From contig JAUZTB010000127.1 in the NCBI GenBank assembly GCA_034780895.1, positions 25,492,691 through 25,556,690 of the forward strand: DNA of 64,000 nucleotides, given 5' to 3'. This document shows positions 38,645-52,185 of this stretch, piece by piece (positions within the stretch are counted from its first letter, which is position 1; each line of letters begins with the position of its first letter). A program made the translations under genes and the position numbers. Source of the DNA: Rhynchobatus australiae (lineage: Eukaryota). Below the pieces are notes generated by a model. The model did no database searches, was not told the DNA's origin, and saw only the letters and a list, made by a program, of their open reading frames with translations.

Positions 38645-40200
38645 TTAGAAATAGAAACACAAGTCAGCCAGTCAGCCCCTCAAGCCTGCTCTGCCATTTA
38701 ATAAAATTGTGGCTGGCCTGGTTGTAACCTCGAGTCCTGATACAGGGTCTCTACCTGTAACGTCAACTGTACATTTCCCTCCATGGATGCTGCCTGACCT
38801 GCTGAGTTCCTCCAGCATTTTGTGTGTGTTCCAGCATCTGCAGAATCTCTTGTGTGTCCATATTTCTCATCTACCTTGGTAACCTTTCAACCTCTTCCTT
38901 ATCAAGAAATTATCTACCTTTGGCTAAAAATATTCAAAGTGTATGCATTCATTGGCCTTCGCGGAAGAGTTTGAAAGTCTCATGATCCTTTGTGTCTTTA
39001 AACAGTGGTCCCCTAGTTCAAAATTCTCTCATAGGTGGAACCATCATCTCTGCTTCCACCCTGTTAAAAACCCTTCACAGTCTCACATGTTTCAGTTAAG
39101 TCACATCTCAGTCTTCTAAGCTCCTGCAAATACAAACCTAGCCCATCCAACTTTTTCCTCTTGAGATAATTCGTCTATTCCAGGTATTTATTGAGTCAAC
39201 TTTCTCCTAATTGTAATGTATTAACATCCTTTCTTGGGTAAGGAGGCCATTGCTATGCACAGTACTACAGATAAAATCTCATGCATGCCTTAAGTAACTA
39301 AAGCATAACCTCTCTAGTTTTGTATTTAAATGCTTTATCAATAAACATAACATTCTGTTTGCTCTCCTGATCATTTGCTCTAGCTGCAGACTGGCCTCAA
39401 GGACTAGGACAGTGAGATCCTGCTGCATCTTGGAGCTCTGCAAATTCTCCACGTTTAGATAATATATTTTTTAATGTACTTTCCCAGTAGAATTTCACAT
39501 TTTCCCATATTATGAAAATCATAAAAAACTGCAGGTGCTGGAAATCTGAAATAAAAATAGAAAATGCTAGAAATGCTCATCAGGTCAGCATCATTTAGCT
39601 TATCAATATCCCTTTGTAGCCTCCATATCCACTCTTTACTACTTAGTTTCCAACCTATCTTTGTCATCAGGAAATTTAGCAACCATATTTTTGATGCCTT
39701 CCAAGTTAAAAGAGTTGAGGTTTTGGCACTGATCCCGATACCACACCACAAGTTACATCTTGCCAACAGTGATAGAACCATGAAGCCTCACCTGTACTTC
39801 TTGATAGCCAATCTTCTATTCATGCCAATATGTTCCTCCTTCACCATAAGCTTTTAATTTCTGTGATAACTTTTGATGTGACATCTTATCAAGTGCTTTC
39901 TGGAAACATTCAATGGTTCATCTAATGGTTATCCACAGTGCATGTTACTTTTTCAAGGAAGTTCACTAAATTGGTCAAATTCATTTTCACTTTCACCAAG
40001 CTATGCTGACTTTGCCCGATTAACTTGAGCTTTTGTCAAGTACCCTGCTGTGACATCATTAACAACAGCTTACTTCACTCCTGCCAAAGCAGATGTTCTG
40101 TAGTTTCTTGTTTTGAATGAAGGAATAACATCTGCCATTTTCCAGTCTAATCTAACCCACCCCAAATCTGGGGAATTTTAGAAAATAAAACAAATGTATC
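38645..40200 (-). mobile_element. CR1 LINE fragment with nested Penelope termini (38733-38858 plus strand; 39515-39590 minus strand)
   Basis: Antisense CR1 tail at 38645-38730; reverse-strand RLQRDIDKL and (D)VFQKALDKMSHQ motifs. Confidence 0.75.
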
Positions 40201-40337
40201 AATTTGTGAGTTCAAAAATCAGAGTCAGGAAGCAAACAAGCCTGTTGATTATTTCTTAACCTAGCTTAGAAATAGAGCCAGTAAGTGCAAGTGAGGGGAA
40301 TTAANNNNNNNNNNNNNNNNNNNNNNNNNNNNNNNNN

Positions 40338-43300
40338 CTGTTGCGTACGCGCACGATTTCAGTTAGTCTAGTAAAGTGTACTGTGACTGAGCACCCATGC
40401 CTCAGACTTTCTTTACCTCAACTTGCTGCAGTCGGCTACACTCCAGTTAAGTCCTGAGAAAAGGAACAGAGTGGAAGTATTTAAGTGAGGGCAACAAAAG
40501 AATGAAAAATAAATTAGAAGGTGTGGACACCCACATGAACTCGGAAGGGGTAAAATGCCCTGCATTTGGATCAAACTTCAGATTATGTGCAGGCTCAACA
40601 TTGGGGGAAGGTGTGCAAATCGAAAGTGAGAACAGGTAGATAGAAAGGTGAAGCAGGAATGAAAAGAGCAATATCAAAGATTAAAACCAGAACAAAGAAA
40701 TAACAGATGTCAGAAGATCAGTTATTGGAGCCATAATTCTGCATGGAGAAATTGGAATGGCATTTATCAGAGAAATGAATCTGCACTACTATACAGGTCC
40801 AAAAAAGGACAAGAAACGAGCACGCAACCATAAATTTAAGCTAAAACTGAGTAAAACAGATGTATTATACCATATGTGAATAGGAGAGTACAAAGTAACA
40901 TTATAGCACAATATTGTCAAAAAATCTTCCCTGAAAACCTAATTAAAGTACAGAGAAGGCAAAATTCCACAACTTGGAACAACCCAAATGAGAGAGACAC
41001 ACTAAAAAAGAAATTAATTGCATATCCTATGTCACAAAAAAAATGGAAGTACCTGCCATTCTTGGCCTGAGATGTTGTGAAGGACTACAGTTGATCTCAA
41101 TAAATGACCAGGTGCTGGAAGCAACAATGAAAATTGAAAGTAACACACTGATTGAAAAGTGCCTTCTAATGAAAGAAGATCTAATCCAAAAGGTCTTGAT
41201 GAAAAGGCTGGATGTTTTGAAGAGTTTGAACATCAAATCTCTCTTGATTAGCAAGGAAAATCAGTAATAATCCCCTTCCTTACCATGTAAGGCAACTGTT
41301 GAACTGAAGATGAAATTTGAAGGGACACTCTTACAACTGGAGCAGAGAGGGGTAATGGCCAGACTTACTAACCTACTGCCTGTATGATTGCATTGTTGGG
41401 TGCAAGAGAAAACGACAGGTCACAAAAACTATGCCTTAGAACCAGAAATAATGAAACAAGCAATCAAAAGGAATGACAATCCAACTTCAGCTGTGGAAGA
41501 AATCCCACTGAAGCCAACAGCAAATTTAATGTAAGAATGGGTACTGAAATGCGAAGCCTATTGATAAATCTACACTGTTGACAGCATTTAACACACCATT
41601 TGGACAATGAAAACTATGAAGACCAACACAACACATGGATATGCAGCAGACATAAGTGGCAGTCTGATCTATGGAATGGTTTGCAAAAGCACACCACCAC
41701 CATTTCCACAAGTTGATGGAGAGGACCGGGACTCAAGCTGAATGCTGAAAAATGCACCACCAAAGGGAAAGAATGCCGTATCATTGGAGTGGTTTGCACA
41801 TCAACCAAAATGAAATCAAGCCCAGGAAAATATCATAGCTATTGCTGAGGTGGAAGCAGAAAACGACAAGAAAGAACCGTGAAGTTTTCTAAGACAGGGC
41901 AAATACCTGAAATTTTTCATCCCTCAAAATGGCAAACTGGAGAGGCAAATGAAAAAAGATGTTGAATACCAAAAGTCACACCCCATGAATAGATTTTTGA
42001 CAAACTCATGAAAATTATGTGCATAGATATGAATGTTTTCCAATAACAGATTTAAAAATGTCATTTTACAGGAAGATGCTTCTAATAAAGGCTAGGAGCT
42101 GTTCCAGTACGAGATGTCTAGCTAATAGCATTTGCATCTGAAACACTTACGTTGGCATAAATATTATGCACCGGAATAGAAAGTGAAGTGTGAGCAATTG
42201 TATATGGATGTGAGAAAATCCAAATACCAAAAGTAAATCTACCAGAAAAATATGTTAGAGTGCCATTAAAACTGGAGAGATTAACTTTAAAGCTTTAGAG
42301 TTTAATTTTATTAGAAAATGCAAACCTGGAAAAGAAATGGTGCAGGCATGTGCATTATCCCAATCATTGCTGCAGAAGAAATGCAAGATAAGAAAACTAG
42401 ATGTGAAGTTATACCGTGTAGCAAATATAACACCAATGAAGTTGAGTAAAGCAGGGAAGAGACCATAAAGGCAGAGGACTTGCAGATGCTCACAGGTTAT
42501 CTAGCCCAAAATGATGAAACTAATGTGCCAGCAATAAAATTTTATTGGATAATCAAAGATGATATCTACCTGGAGGATGTTTCAGATTCAGAATCAGACT
42601 AAAAAATTATGTAAGGAGAATTATTTCAGAAAATATAAAGTCCGTCTGGGCGTAGCAAGGGGAAGGTGAGAGCCCAATCAGCTGAGAGCTGGATTGACTT
42701 CTAATAAGAAGAGCATCAACATGTTAGAAATACAGAATTATGCAATTAAAAAAAGTTAGCTATTGAAATATCACCAAAATTGTGAGCTGATTTTTCCAAA
42801 TGCAACCAAGCATAGTTGTAGACTACTACTCTAAGTCCCCATTCATCAGAATGATGACAGCAGTTAGAACTCATTTTTCAGAACAGGGGACTTCTAAGAA
42901 GCTGATGTATGATAATGGAACCCACTTTACTACTGATGTATTTAGAAAGCTGCTGGAGTGGTATAGATTCACCATTGAGACCTTATCCCTATTGCTTCTG
43001 AGATGACTGTACAGAGAGGCACATCCAAATGCTCAAGAGGACCCTAATAAACACAGAGAAACAAAGGAAGACCCAAACCATTCCTTTATTGTCATTCTGA
43101 GTTACAGCTCTGAAGACTGACGTGAAACCACTAGCTCATCTAGTGGATGACACAAAAGTACAAGACAACTTTGCCAAATGAAATACACCCTCCACAGGAC
43201 CAAGTAGTGTGACAACTACCAACTGATGCACACGAGGAGGAAAGACAACCATGCTAAATCAATACCCAATTTGTGGAGAGGACATGCAATGCATGTCCAA

Positions 43301-43400
43301 CATCCAGTTATGAAAACCTGGAACCAAACACAAGTCATCAATAAATCCAATACCTCATGTATGAGAATTGAGATTGTATAAATGCTAATTTTCATACGAG
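40338..43400 (+). mobile_element. Decayed Ty3/Gypsy LTR retrotransposon (RT-RNaseH-integrase order)
   Basis: RT: KLCLEP..AIKR, STLLTAFNTPFG (~41570-41605), GLKLNAEKC. RNaseH: LQEDASNKG..IAFASETLT (~42065-42150). Integrase: IVVDYYSK..FSEQG..LMYDNGTHF (42800-43006). Many stops and frameshifts; no paired LTRs identified. Confidence 0.88.
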
Positions 43401-45714
43401 TTATATTTTAGTTATATTTTGGTGTTTACATCCATGTACCCACCTGGGAACATTAGTGTTACTTTCATTCAACAATTGATAACTGAGGAACTGTATTCGT
43501 GATAATGTGATCTGACAGTGGTACTGGTTGAGTGATCACTGTTAATATACAAATAATCAAATTGTGATTTTGTCAATTTCAATTTGTTGTTCCTTATTTC
43601 CAAATTAAAAATCTTGAGTAAATAAAGCCCAAAAAGGCTGGCCAAGCAAATGTAATGGCTAGAAAGACTATAGTTACAGTTTGAATTGCTAAATACAAAA
43701 TCTATTCTTTCTACACATAAACAGCTGATTCATTGGGATAAAAGACATATCTAACATTTCTATTTTACTGAATATACAAATTTCCCCTTTGAGTTAACCT
43801 ACAGTAGCATAAATTACAAATTATTAATGTGTGTTTGTGTATTTTCATTTATTTCACTTCCCATCCAAGTAACTAGTAGATGCTTATTTGTACCAACACA
43901 CTGAGTTGTCACAGGTGAAAATTTGCCAATAAATGATGCGTTCATTCCTAATGGTGACTCTCATTTTTGATGGTTTCCCAGAATCTTTGTTCACAATGCT
44001 GTTTTTCAATGCATCATAATGACATAAATAAGGTGCAATTTTTTTAGACTGCAAACAGGGAATATCCCAAGCTGGTTTAGCCTCTTCATTCTGAAATCCA
44101 TGAGCTGCAATAAACATTAATAGCAATTGTCTATCATGTGCTGCTGTTTTTGCTATGGGAGAAATCAGCCTGTCCAGACATGCCAGTGATGGGATTTGCA
44201 AATTTTCATATAAACTCTATGGACCTTTCTAACACTGGGGAAGATGTTCTACTAATACTACTGATTTACAAATACACTCTGCCATTTTGACAGGGTTGAT
44301 TGGGCATGGCTGTCCCAAACTGTGAAATCACAATTTGGGATAACAATATAAATAGACATTATATGTGAATCATGTACAGGTACTGGATCAGCAGTATTTA
44401 TGCTAATGGTGCAGTAATCAGTTGTTAATTACCTTATCTATCCACTTGATAGATGACAATGGATATGTTTAATTTTGACTGACATTGACAGAACATGCAT
44501 CTGAAACCTGACATTGCTGAACAAGAGCCTAATAAAACAAGGAAGCTTGTCCCCACATCTTCTTATAGATTAATGTAGTCGTTAACCCTTGTTGAAATGG
44601 ATTGATTTTTACCTTGTAGCATAACCTATGATTGGAGAATATATCATTCACTTGTGTTTACATGGGCAGCACCAATAAAATGGGATTAAGTTTCAAAGCC
44701 ATTGCTGACCTTCTATTGATTTTTGTCTGCCTTTTCCTTTATCCAGTGTTGTAATCAGACAATGTTCTAAGACTTGTGCAGAATCATTTCACAATCTATC
44801 AGAGATGTACAGAATTAAAGTATGACATTGTCAGAATTAGTAACCTAATAACCTGTTTGTAAATAATTGTATTAACTTGTCAAGAGTATTGAGATAACTT
44901 TGGTTTTTACTTCATATATCATCAGATATGAATATTACACTGGTGTGTTAGAAAATGGTGGCATATTACTACATTCATAAACTACCTAAACATAACATCA
45001 TAATTTAAATTTTAATTTTCTGCAGTCAAATGAGGCTGATCCAATATATCCTTTAACATTAGCTTTATGGTAATTAATAAAGAAAACCAACAATAATAGT
45101 AAAGAGCAGATTGCCTTCACTTGAGGAATTTGTTTTCATTTTTAGGCATAAATTGTATCTTTAATGTTTGTACATTAAAGGGTTCAATAATTTTGCAGAA
45201 CTAGTGATTCTGTTGGTTTAGCAGTCAGAATTAATTGTTTATAACTGATCAGAAATAAGCATCATAGCATATCAAACTGTAATGCACAGTGGGGATATTG
45301 CTGTGCTGGCCTTGGGAGAGGAAGTTGAAGTTGGCTCAGTATTTCCATCAAGGGATTTGGAGGAATTTATGGAAGCAGTATTGATGCTATCNNNNNNNNN
45401 NNNNNNNNNNNNNNNNNNNNNNNNNNNNNNNNNNNNNNNNNNNNNNNNNNNNNNNNNNNNNNNNNNNNNNNNNNNNNNNNNNNNNNNNNNNTGCTATCTC
45501 TCCTGTGCCACTTTCTCATAATCTGTGTCTCTAAAGCATTTAGAGGGCCGGAATCACTGCTGCCCAGTAGATAGTGTTTCTCGGGCCAAGTTGTTTTCAT
45601 GCCTAACCCAGCCCCTCAAACAGATCTTCTAATCTGCACTTAGTCAGGGGAAGAGATTGCCAGCTGGACAGAGGAAACTATTCAAGAATGTCCTCAAACC
45701 ACCCCTTTAAAAGA

Positions 45715-46477
45715 TGTAACAAAGTATAATATTCCCCCAATTGGCAGGAGTCCTGACCCATGACCTCTCAAAATAGAAAAGGAGCTTTTGAGATGGTGTT
45801 GTGGGGAAAAGGTTCTTTTGGGTCTTAAAGATGGAGGACTCTGGACAGTCTTTGGATCTTAAAAATAGTTTAATCACAAAGGCAAATGTGGGAACAGAAT
45901 GAACAGAACGGGTGCACACTCATACACACAAACACACACACACAGGAGATCATGAACATGGGGGAAATCGCAACAAGGGTGAGATACAAACACACAATAA
46001 ACAAGTTACAACTTATCAAGGGATAAACATTACAATGCCTGAGCACCTTGACCTGGACAAGCATTGGCTCTAACACTCCCTGGAATCTGACTAAGACGCT
46101 CCCAAACCTCGTGGTGGTGCACCAGTGGTCCCTGCAACATTGTTTTACTATTCCTGGGGCAGTCAAAAGAGAGAGAGCCAGACATTTGCAGCACTCTTTA
46201 TAGTGCTGGAGGGCTGGGTGGAACCAGGCCAGGCACTTAAGACAGGCCAATGGTTTGGGGATCAAGGACAAAGGTGTTTACCAAGGCCAATAGTCAGGCA
46301 GGCCCAGGATCAAAGGTGCTCTCCAAGGCCAGTCCCTATGCTTACACCTGATGGGTGGGTGGAGCCAAACCTTGATTGACAGTGGTGTCACATCCAATCC
46401 CATGAGCAATGCTGTCCTCCAATCAGAGGGGTCAGTGTTGTCACTGTCATAGGACAGCCATGTGCTTTCATACTACA
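45715..46477 (-). mobile_element. Probable solo LTR, antisense
   Basis: TGTA...TACA ends. On the minus strand: GC/CCAAT-like boxes, then TATAAA (46197-46202), then ATTAAA (45869-45874), in U3-R-U5 order. No TSD found. Confidence 0.5.
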
Positions 46478-46654
46478 GTTGGCATTAAGAGCCTTGAGTC
46501 TATGCATTGGAAGCACAAAGAAACCCAACACAAATGGTAGAAGGAGTGCACCACCTCCTAAATTACCTACCTTCCCGCTCTGTCGGGCATCTGTGGGCCT
46601 CACCTTTGCCTTTGTCAACCATCTCAGATTCCACAGAACTCAAGTGGAAGGAAC

Positions 46655-46875
46655 AACAAACAATCTGTTGGAGAAACTCAGCAGATCAAGCAGCTTCTTT
46701 GGGGGTGGTGAAGGGGAATTGTCAAAGTTTTGGGTCGAAACCCTGCATCAGGACTGAGAGTGGAGAGTTGGAAGCCAGTGGCAGGTGAATGATAGATGCA
46801 GGCAGACAAAGAGAAAAAAAAATCAGTGGCAGATGGAGCAAGTTTTTTTTCCAGATTTCCTGCATTTGCAGGATA
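46655..46875 (-). mobile_element. Penelope-type terminus
   Basis: ctgttggagaaactcagcagatcaagcagc...gttttgggtcgaaaccctgcatcag; same family as 52670-52800. Confidence 0.75.
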
Positions 46876-46899
46876 GCTAATTTGGATTCCCAGCGCCAA

Positions 46900-47048
46900 C
46901 CTTGAACCTTTAAATGAAGTCCAAGGCATAGAAAGCTATGGATCAAATGTGAGTAAGCGGAACTAGTATAGATGAGTACACTGATTGGCAATGACATGGT
47001 GGACTGAAGGATCTATTTCTGTGCTGTATGACTCAATGACTCTATGAT
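46900..47048 (+). mobile_element. CR1 3' tail
   Basis: ggactgaaggatctatttctgtgctgtatgactcaatgactctatga. Confidence 0.7.
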
Positions 47049-48244
47049 ATAAAAGTAGGCTTCCCTAGTGCAATCCATCCTTCTCTGTATCAGTGGCATA
47101 TCCTTTGTGCATTAGCTATCAGACACATGGTAAACCTGGAACAAGAATTGTGTGTTTATGCAACCCACACACAATGCCTGTTTCCAGTAATACTTTAGTT
47201 TTCATTGAAATCAGCTTACCTAGTACACATGTGATTAAGTTTCTAATACATATTTTTATTTTTTCACAGTCAGAGTTGTCTGATAATCAAAATGCTTAAA
47301 AGATGAACGATCCCTGCTTGCTCTGTGATTGTAAAATATGTGGCACAAGATTATTGGCGGCTGTATTGCAAAAAGACATACTGTAGAAATACATGCAGTG
47401 GTCGTTGCTTTTCAAGTAGATTTACAATGAGAACTTCAAAATTAGTAAACCCTGCACCTGCTGTGGTAAATAGTTCTTGGATTCTAGTAGAGATGACTTT
47501 ATNNNNNNNNNNNNNNNNNNNNNNNNNNNNNNNNNNNNNNNNNNNNNNNNNNNNNNNNNNNNNNNNNNNNNNNNNNNNNNNNNNNNNNNNNNNNNNNNNN
47601 NNGACTTTATGCTGTTAGATGACTGTGCCATCTCATGCTATCAGTTTGCTTACATAATTACTTAAACAGTTTTTCATAAGGATTCTTTCTCACAGTGGGA
47701 GCTAGTTTTTTTTTGACTTGAAGGAGGTGAACTCACTGACTGAAATTTCAGAATAATTTGAAGATCCTGACACTTAAAAATATTAGTGGGAAGATTTTAT
47801 GAGGATATTATATGGGCTTAAAATGAAGTGAGAATATGAGAATATTTGGCAGCTTTTGCAAAGGTATGAAAGGGCAGGAGAATTTGCCACAATATTGAAC
47901 TCAATCGAGATCAACTAATTGTATTGTGGTAACATACATGACTTCTGGTTTCATGCTTAAGACAGTGAGTTGCTGAACATATAGGACAGGAAGACATGAT
48001 TCTCAATTTATGCCAAAATAGATGATCATAGAAAATTAGGTGATCAGTTTACCATAATCACCATCAATATCTCTTAGTTAGAAGGGGAAAAATTACATCA
48101 CTTTCATAATAANNNNNNNNNNNNNNNNNNTGTAGGAAGGAAAAAAACTATTATTAGTGCTTAGTGCACACTTTCCAGATAAATTGAGATAAATTGCATG
48201 ATCCCTTCAGTATTACAGCTATTCATCATTTTATTATTTTTTTT

Positions 48245-49435
48245 GGTATCTGTGAGTCACTGACAAGGCCAGGATTTATTGCCCATCGCTAATTGCACTT
48301 AAGAAGGTAGTGGTGAGCCACTTTCTCAAACCACTGCAGTACTTTTGGTGGACATACTCCCACATTATTGTTGGCTAAGAGATGAACGATTTAGACCCTG
48401 TGATGAAGGAGGACTGGTGATGTAATTTCATATCAGGATGGTATGTGATTTCAAGGGAAATGCAGTTGGTGTTATTCCTTTACACCTACTGCCCTTGGCC
48501 TGCTTATGATGGTACATATTGCTGTCACTGTGCATTGGTGGTAGAGAAAATGAACGTTTAGAGTGGTGAATGGGTGCCATTCAAGTGGGCTGCTTGTCCT
48601 GGATGGTGTTGAGAACTTTTGGTTGCTATATTCATCGAGACAAGTGAAAGTACTCTGTCACATTCCTGATCCGTACCTTACAGATAGTGAAAAGGCCTGG
48701 GCTGTCATAAAGTGAGTCACTCACTCAGGATACATTTATTCTTATGACATGGAAGGAGGCCATATACTGGCTCTAAGATCAATTCCATTTCCTTTAACAC
48801 ACTCACATGCTGATGAACTCCCCCTGATTGTCCAACCACCCACCTACACTGGGGGTAATTTACAGTAATGAATTACCTACCAACCAGCATGTCTTTGTAA
48901 GAAACCCTCAGGTTACCTGGAGGAAGGAACTCTCACAGTCACAGGGAGAACTCCACCTAAATAGCACCAGCGGTCAGCATTGAACCCAATTCATTCGAGC
49001 TGTGAAGCAGCAGGACTACTTGCTGTACCTCATTGTGCTATTCTCTCCAGGCTCTGACCTAGTCTTATAGCTATGGTATTTAGCTGACTAGTCCAGTTGA
49101 GTTTCTAGTCATGAGGGACCCCTAGCATATTGATAGTGGGGTCATGGCCATAGTAATGCCATTGATTGTTGGGGATCAAAGGTGGTTTCACTGTCCTTTT
49201 GGAGGTGGTCATTGCCTGGTACCTTGTGGCATGAACATTACCTCCCACTAATCAGCCCATGCCTGAACTCTATCCGGGTCTTGCTGCATGCAGGCACAGG
49301 CTGATTCTTTTGCTGAGAAGTTGCAAATGACATTGAACATTATGCAGTTATCAGCAAACATCTCCACTTCTGGCCTTATGATGGAAGAATGGTCATTGAT
49401 GAAGCATCTGAAACTAATTGGTCCTGAGACATGCA
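48245..49435 (-). mobile_element. CR1/L2-group LINE fragment interrupted by a SINE
   Basis: ORF 49248-49436(-): GPISFRCFINDHSSIIRPEVEMFADNC...QQDPDRVQAWAD (RT). Confidence 0.85.
48740..49040 (-). mobile_element. tRNA-derived HE1/V-SINE-type SINE nested in a LINE
   Basis: Antisense B-box (ttgaaccc at ~48980) and V-domain-like body similar to 63020-63365; possible tattct duplication at the flanks. Confidence 0.75.
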
Positions 49436-52079
49436 TGAAAGCTATTGTACAAAATTAATGTTGACCAATATTGGTGGGATCTGAGCTGCAGAGTGAGAAA
49501 TTGTCATAGTTTGAACAATATGTTTTAACATTAAATAATTAGTATGAGATGTGCAGTATTTGAGCATCTTGGATTTTCTTGATGTCCTCTTAGCATTGTT
49601 GATCTTAAATCATTTCTAATTTGCCTGTTGAGATTATTTGCAATAAAACACTTCTACAGATCACAAGCACTCCTTCAAACTGGGTAAAAATATGCAATGT
49701 ATTATTAGGATCGCTATAGATATGACTTGAAAATGACATCTTTGTTTTCAAATGACAACGTACATGGAGAAAAAAGGTCAGCCTTGCCAACAAGTAGATT
49801 TANNNNNNNNNNNNNNNNNNNNNNNNNNNNNNNTGCAAAGTAATTTCAGGAAAGTTTTAGCTTTAAGGAAGGTTTGACAGATTTACCAACTTATGTTGAA
49901 TACAAGAATGTTAAAAGAGAATAGCAAAGTTTCTAGACTGAGGCATACTCCACAAATAAATAATAAAACTGCATGAGTAAGGCACTGCCTGCTTGTATTC
50001 TCCCATTCAAATCTAGGTACTGTTATCAGAAGAGGGAAACTGCAGAATGGAGGCAAAAAAGCACAGACGGAAGCAAAATATTTTCCCATGGGTGAATAAA
50101 TAAGGTAATGCAAAACCAGATGCCAGATGGGAGATGACATTATGTCACCTGGGGTCATATTCATTTTCACAGAGGGTTGACTCCAGTGTCCGTCATTTTG
50201 CTTCGTGGTCTCTTGGGGAACTGACTATATGGAGAAGGGGGAAAATGGTCCACCCTATCAGCTTTGTTGTACCCTTTTGCCCTTGCCTGAATTTATTTCG
50301 AAGTAGGACTTACTTGATACATTTATTGGCAGAACAGTTCTCTTGTTAATAACAAATTGTACTGATTTTCTATATTGCCTTGCTCATTCTGACTACTTTA
50401 TTCACTATTCATAATTTGCTTGAAACATCTTTCTTAGAATCGGAAACTCCCTGTTCCATGAGATTCAGCTCTTCCTATCCCTATCTTCAAAAAGAAATTG
50501 ATGACCTTATGCTAGAAGTTCTCTTAATTTTTTATGACTTTACACAAGAATGGTTTCATAAACTGAATAAGTTCCCAAATGAGCTTCTATCATCACGTTT
50601 TATAAACCAACCTAGATTATTAAATTGCAGAAAGTTCAGTTACTCAGGTCCATGCAGCATTTGCACATTGCCTGATGAGATCAATGATAAACAACAGTTA
50701 AGCTGGAATTCTATCTGGAAGTTCGATGACACCCATGTTTGATATTTTTCCTTCCATCAGAGCACTGAGATTTGATGCTTCTAATATTAGGCCTTGCTGC
50801 TCACTGTCATATAGCTAGCTGCTGGTTGGAGACGACCGGAGAAAGAATTTGGCTGATGTTCAGTTTCTTTAATGGATTGGGATTGGTGGCAACTGGGATG
50901 CCAGGTCTTGGGTTTGGAAGTTACAGAAATAGAGCTCTTGGATGTGGGATACTGAGAAGTAGCACAGTCAGCAATTAGCATTCTGAGTATCTTATTTTTG
51001 TAGGTGTTGATTCAGGGTGCCCTATATCCTCTCGCACAACTGTGTAATCGAATGTTATAGCAAGAGTCAACCTAGAAAATCTGGTGCACCTGAAGGATGT
51101 GCAGATGAGATTGCTCATGGGACCTGCGGCTGGCGGGGTGGGGGATGAGGGCCATGGAGCCCAGAGTTCAGGGTAATTGGTAGGCCAGCCGGCACCCTAG
51201 TGTTATGGGTGAAGGCAGGAGAACATCGGGATTCTGACAGACCTGCACATGTGTTTGTGTTAGAGGAGGTGGGGTGCATTNNNNNNNNNNNNNNNNNNNN
51301 NNNNNNNNNNNNNNNNNNNNNNNNNNNNNNNNNNNNNNNNNNNNNNNNNNNNNNNNNNNNNNNNNNNNNNNNNNNNNNNNNNNNNNNNNNNNNNNNNNNN
51401 NNNNNNNNNNNNNNNNNNNNNNNNNNNNNNNNNNNNNNNNNNNNNNNNNNNNNNNNCAGGAGATGAGGGTCATGGAATGGGTTGGGGATGAGGGGGAGGG
51501 AGAGTGCTGCAGAGAGGCGAGGAAGTAGGCAAACGTTTCTCAGCCAGGTCAGTGCAGTGCAGTGGGAGAAAGACCACTTGTTGCAGAATTGACCAGTGTA
51601 GTCCAGACTCCTTTGGATTGTTCCAAAAGGCATCAGAGTTACAAAGGTAAATTATGGCAGGGAATGGTCAATCAAAATTCCCAAGTAATGCAAATCAGCC
51701 AAGAAAGGGCCATTACCCTGCTTTACTCATGAGAGAAAACAAAAATTGCTCATGCTGAATAAAACTGGATAATGCAATTAATTTTCCAGGCAGTATTGCC
51801 CTATGACTGGAACTGAATATTCATAGTCCTCCTCCGTCTGCACTCTGCTTCAATCTCTCCAAAAGGAACCAAAGAAATATTTGGTGAGGTTTAAGATGGC
51901 AAAAGTGGATAAGCCATTTTATTTCACAGTAGGTTAAGAAACTGAATACCAGTTACAATCAGATTCTCTTAATTCAATTAGTACAATTTACCTTTGTAAA
52001 ATAATGTAAAATAAGAAACATCCCCTACTTCTCAGCATTGGTGTATCTTTTCTATAGTCCATAATCTGTATTTCATGTT

Positions 52080-52185
52080 TCCTTACAGCATAGAAGGAGG
52101 CCATTCAGCCCATCAAGTCTATGCCAGCTCTCAGAACAATCCCATTAATCTGTTTATTTCCTTATAACATATTCTCTCATGTGTT
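52080..52185 (-). mobile_element. SINE/CR1-type 3' tail fragment
   Basis: acagcatagaaggaggccattcagcccatcaagtctatgccagctc. Confidence 0.65.

Noticed and set aside
40338-43400. Active or domesticated Gypsy element or endogenous retrovirus
   Set aside because: Pol is riddled with stops and frameshifts, and I found no env or paired LTRs.
44610-44645. ttgtag|cataacctatgattggagaat as the missing (I)AITLEN exon
   Set aside because: The ttggagaat (LEN) is out of frame with the acceptor and the downstream translation does not resemble Sidekick.
51060-51610. GC-rich segment as a CpG-island promoter or Myb/SANT remnant
   Set aside because: Few CpGs, interrupted by a gap, and no convincing protein motif.
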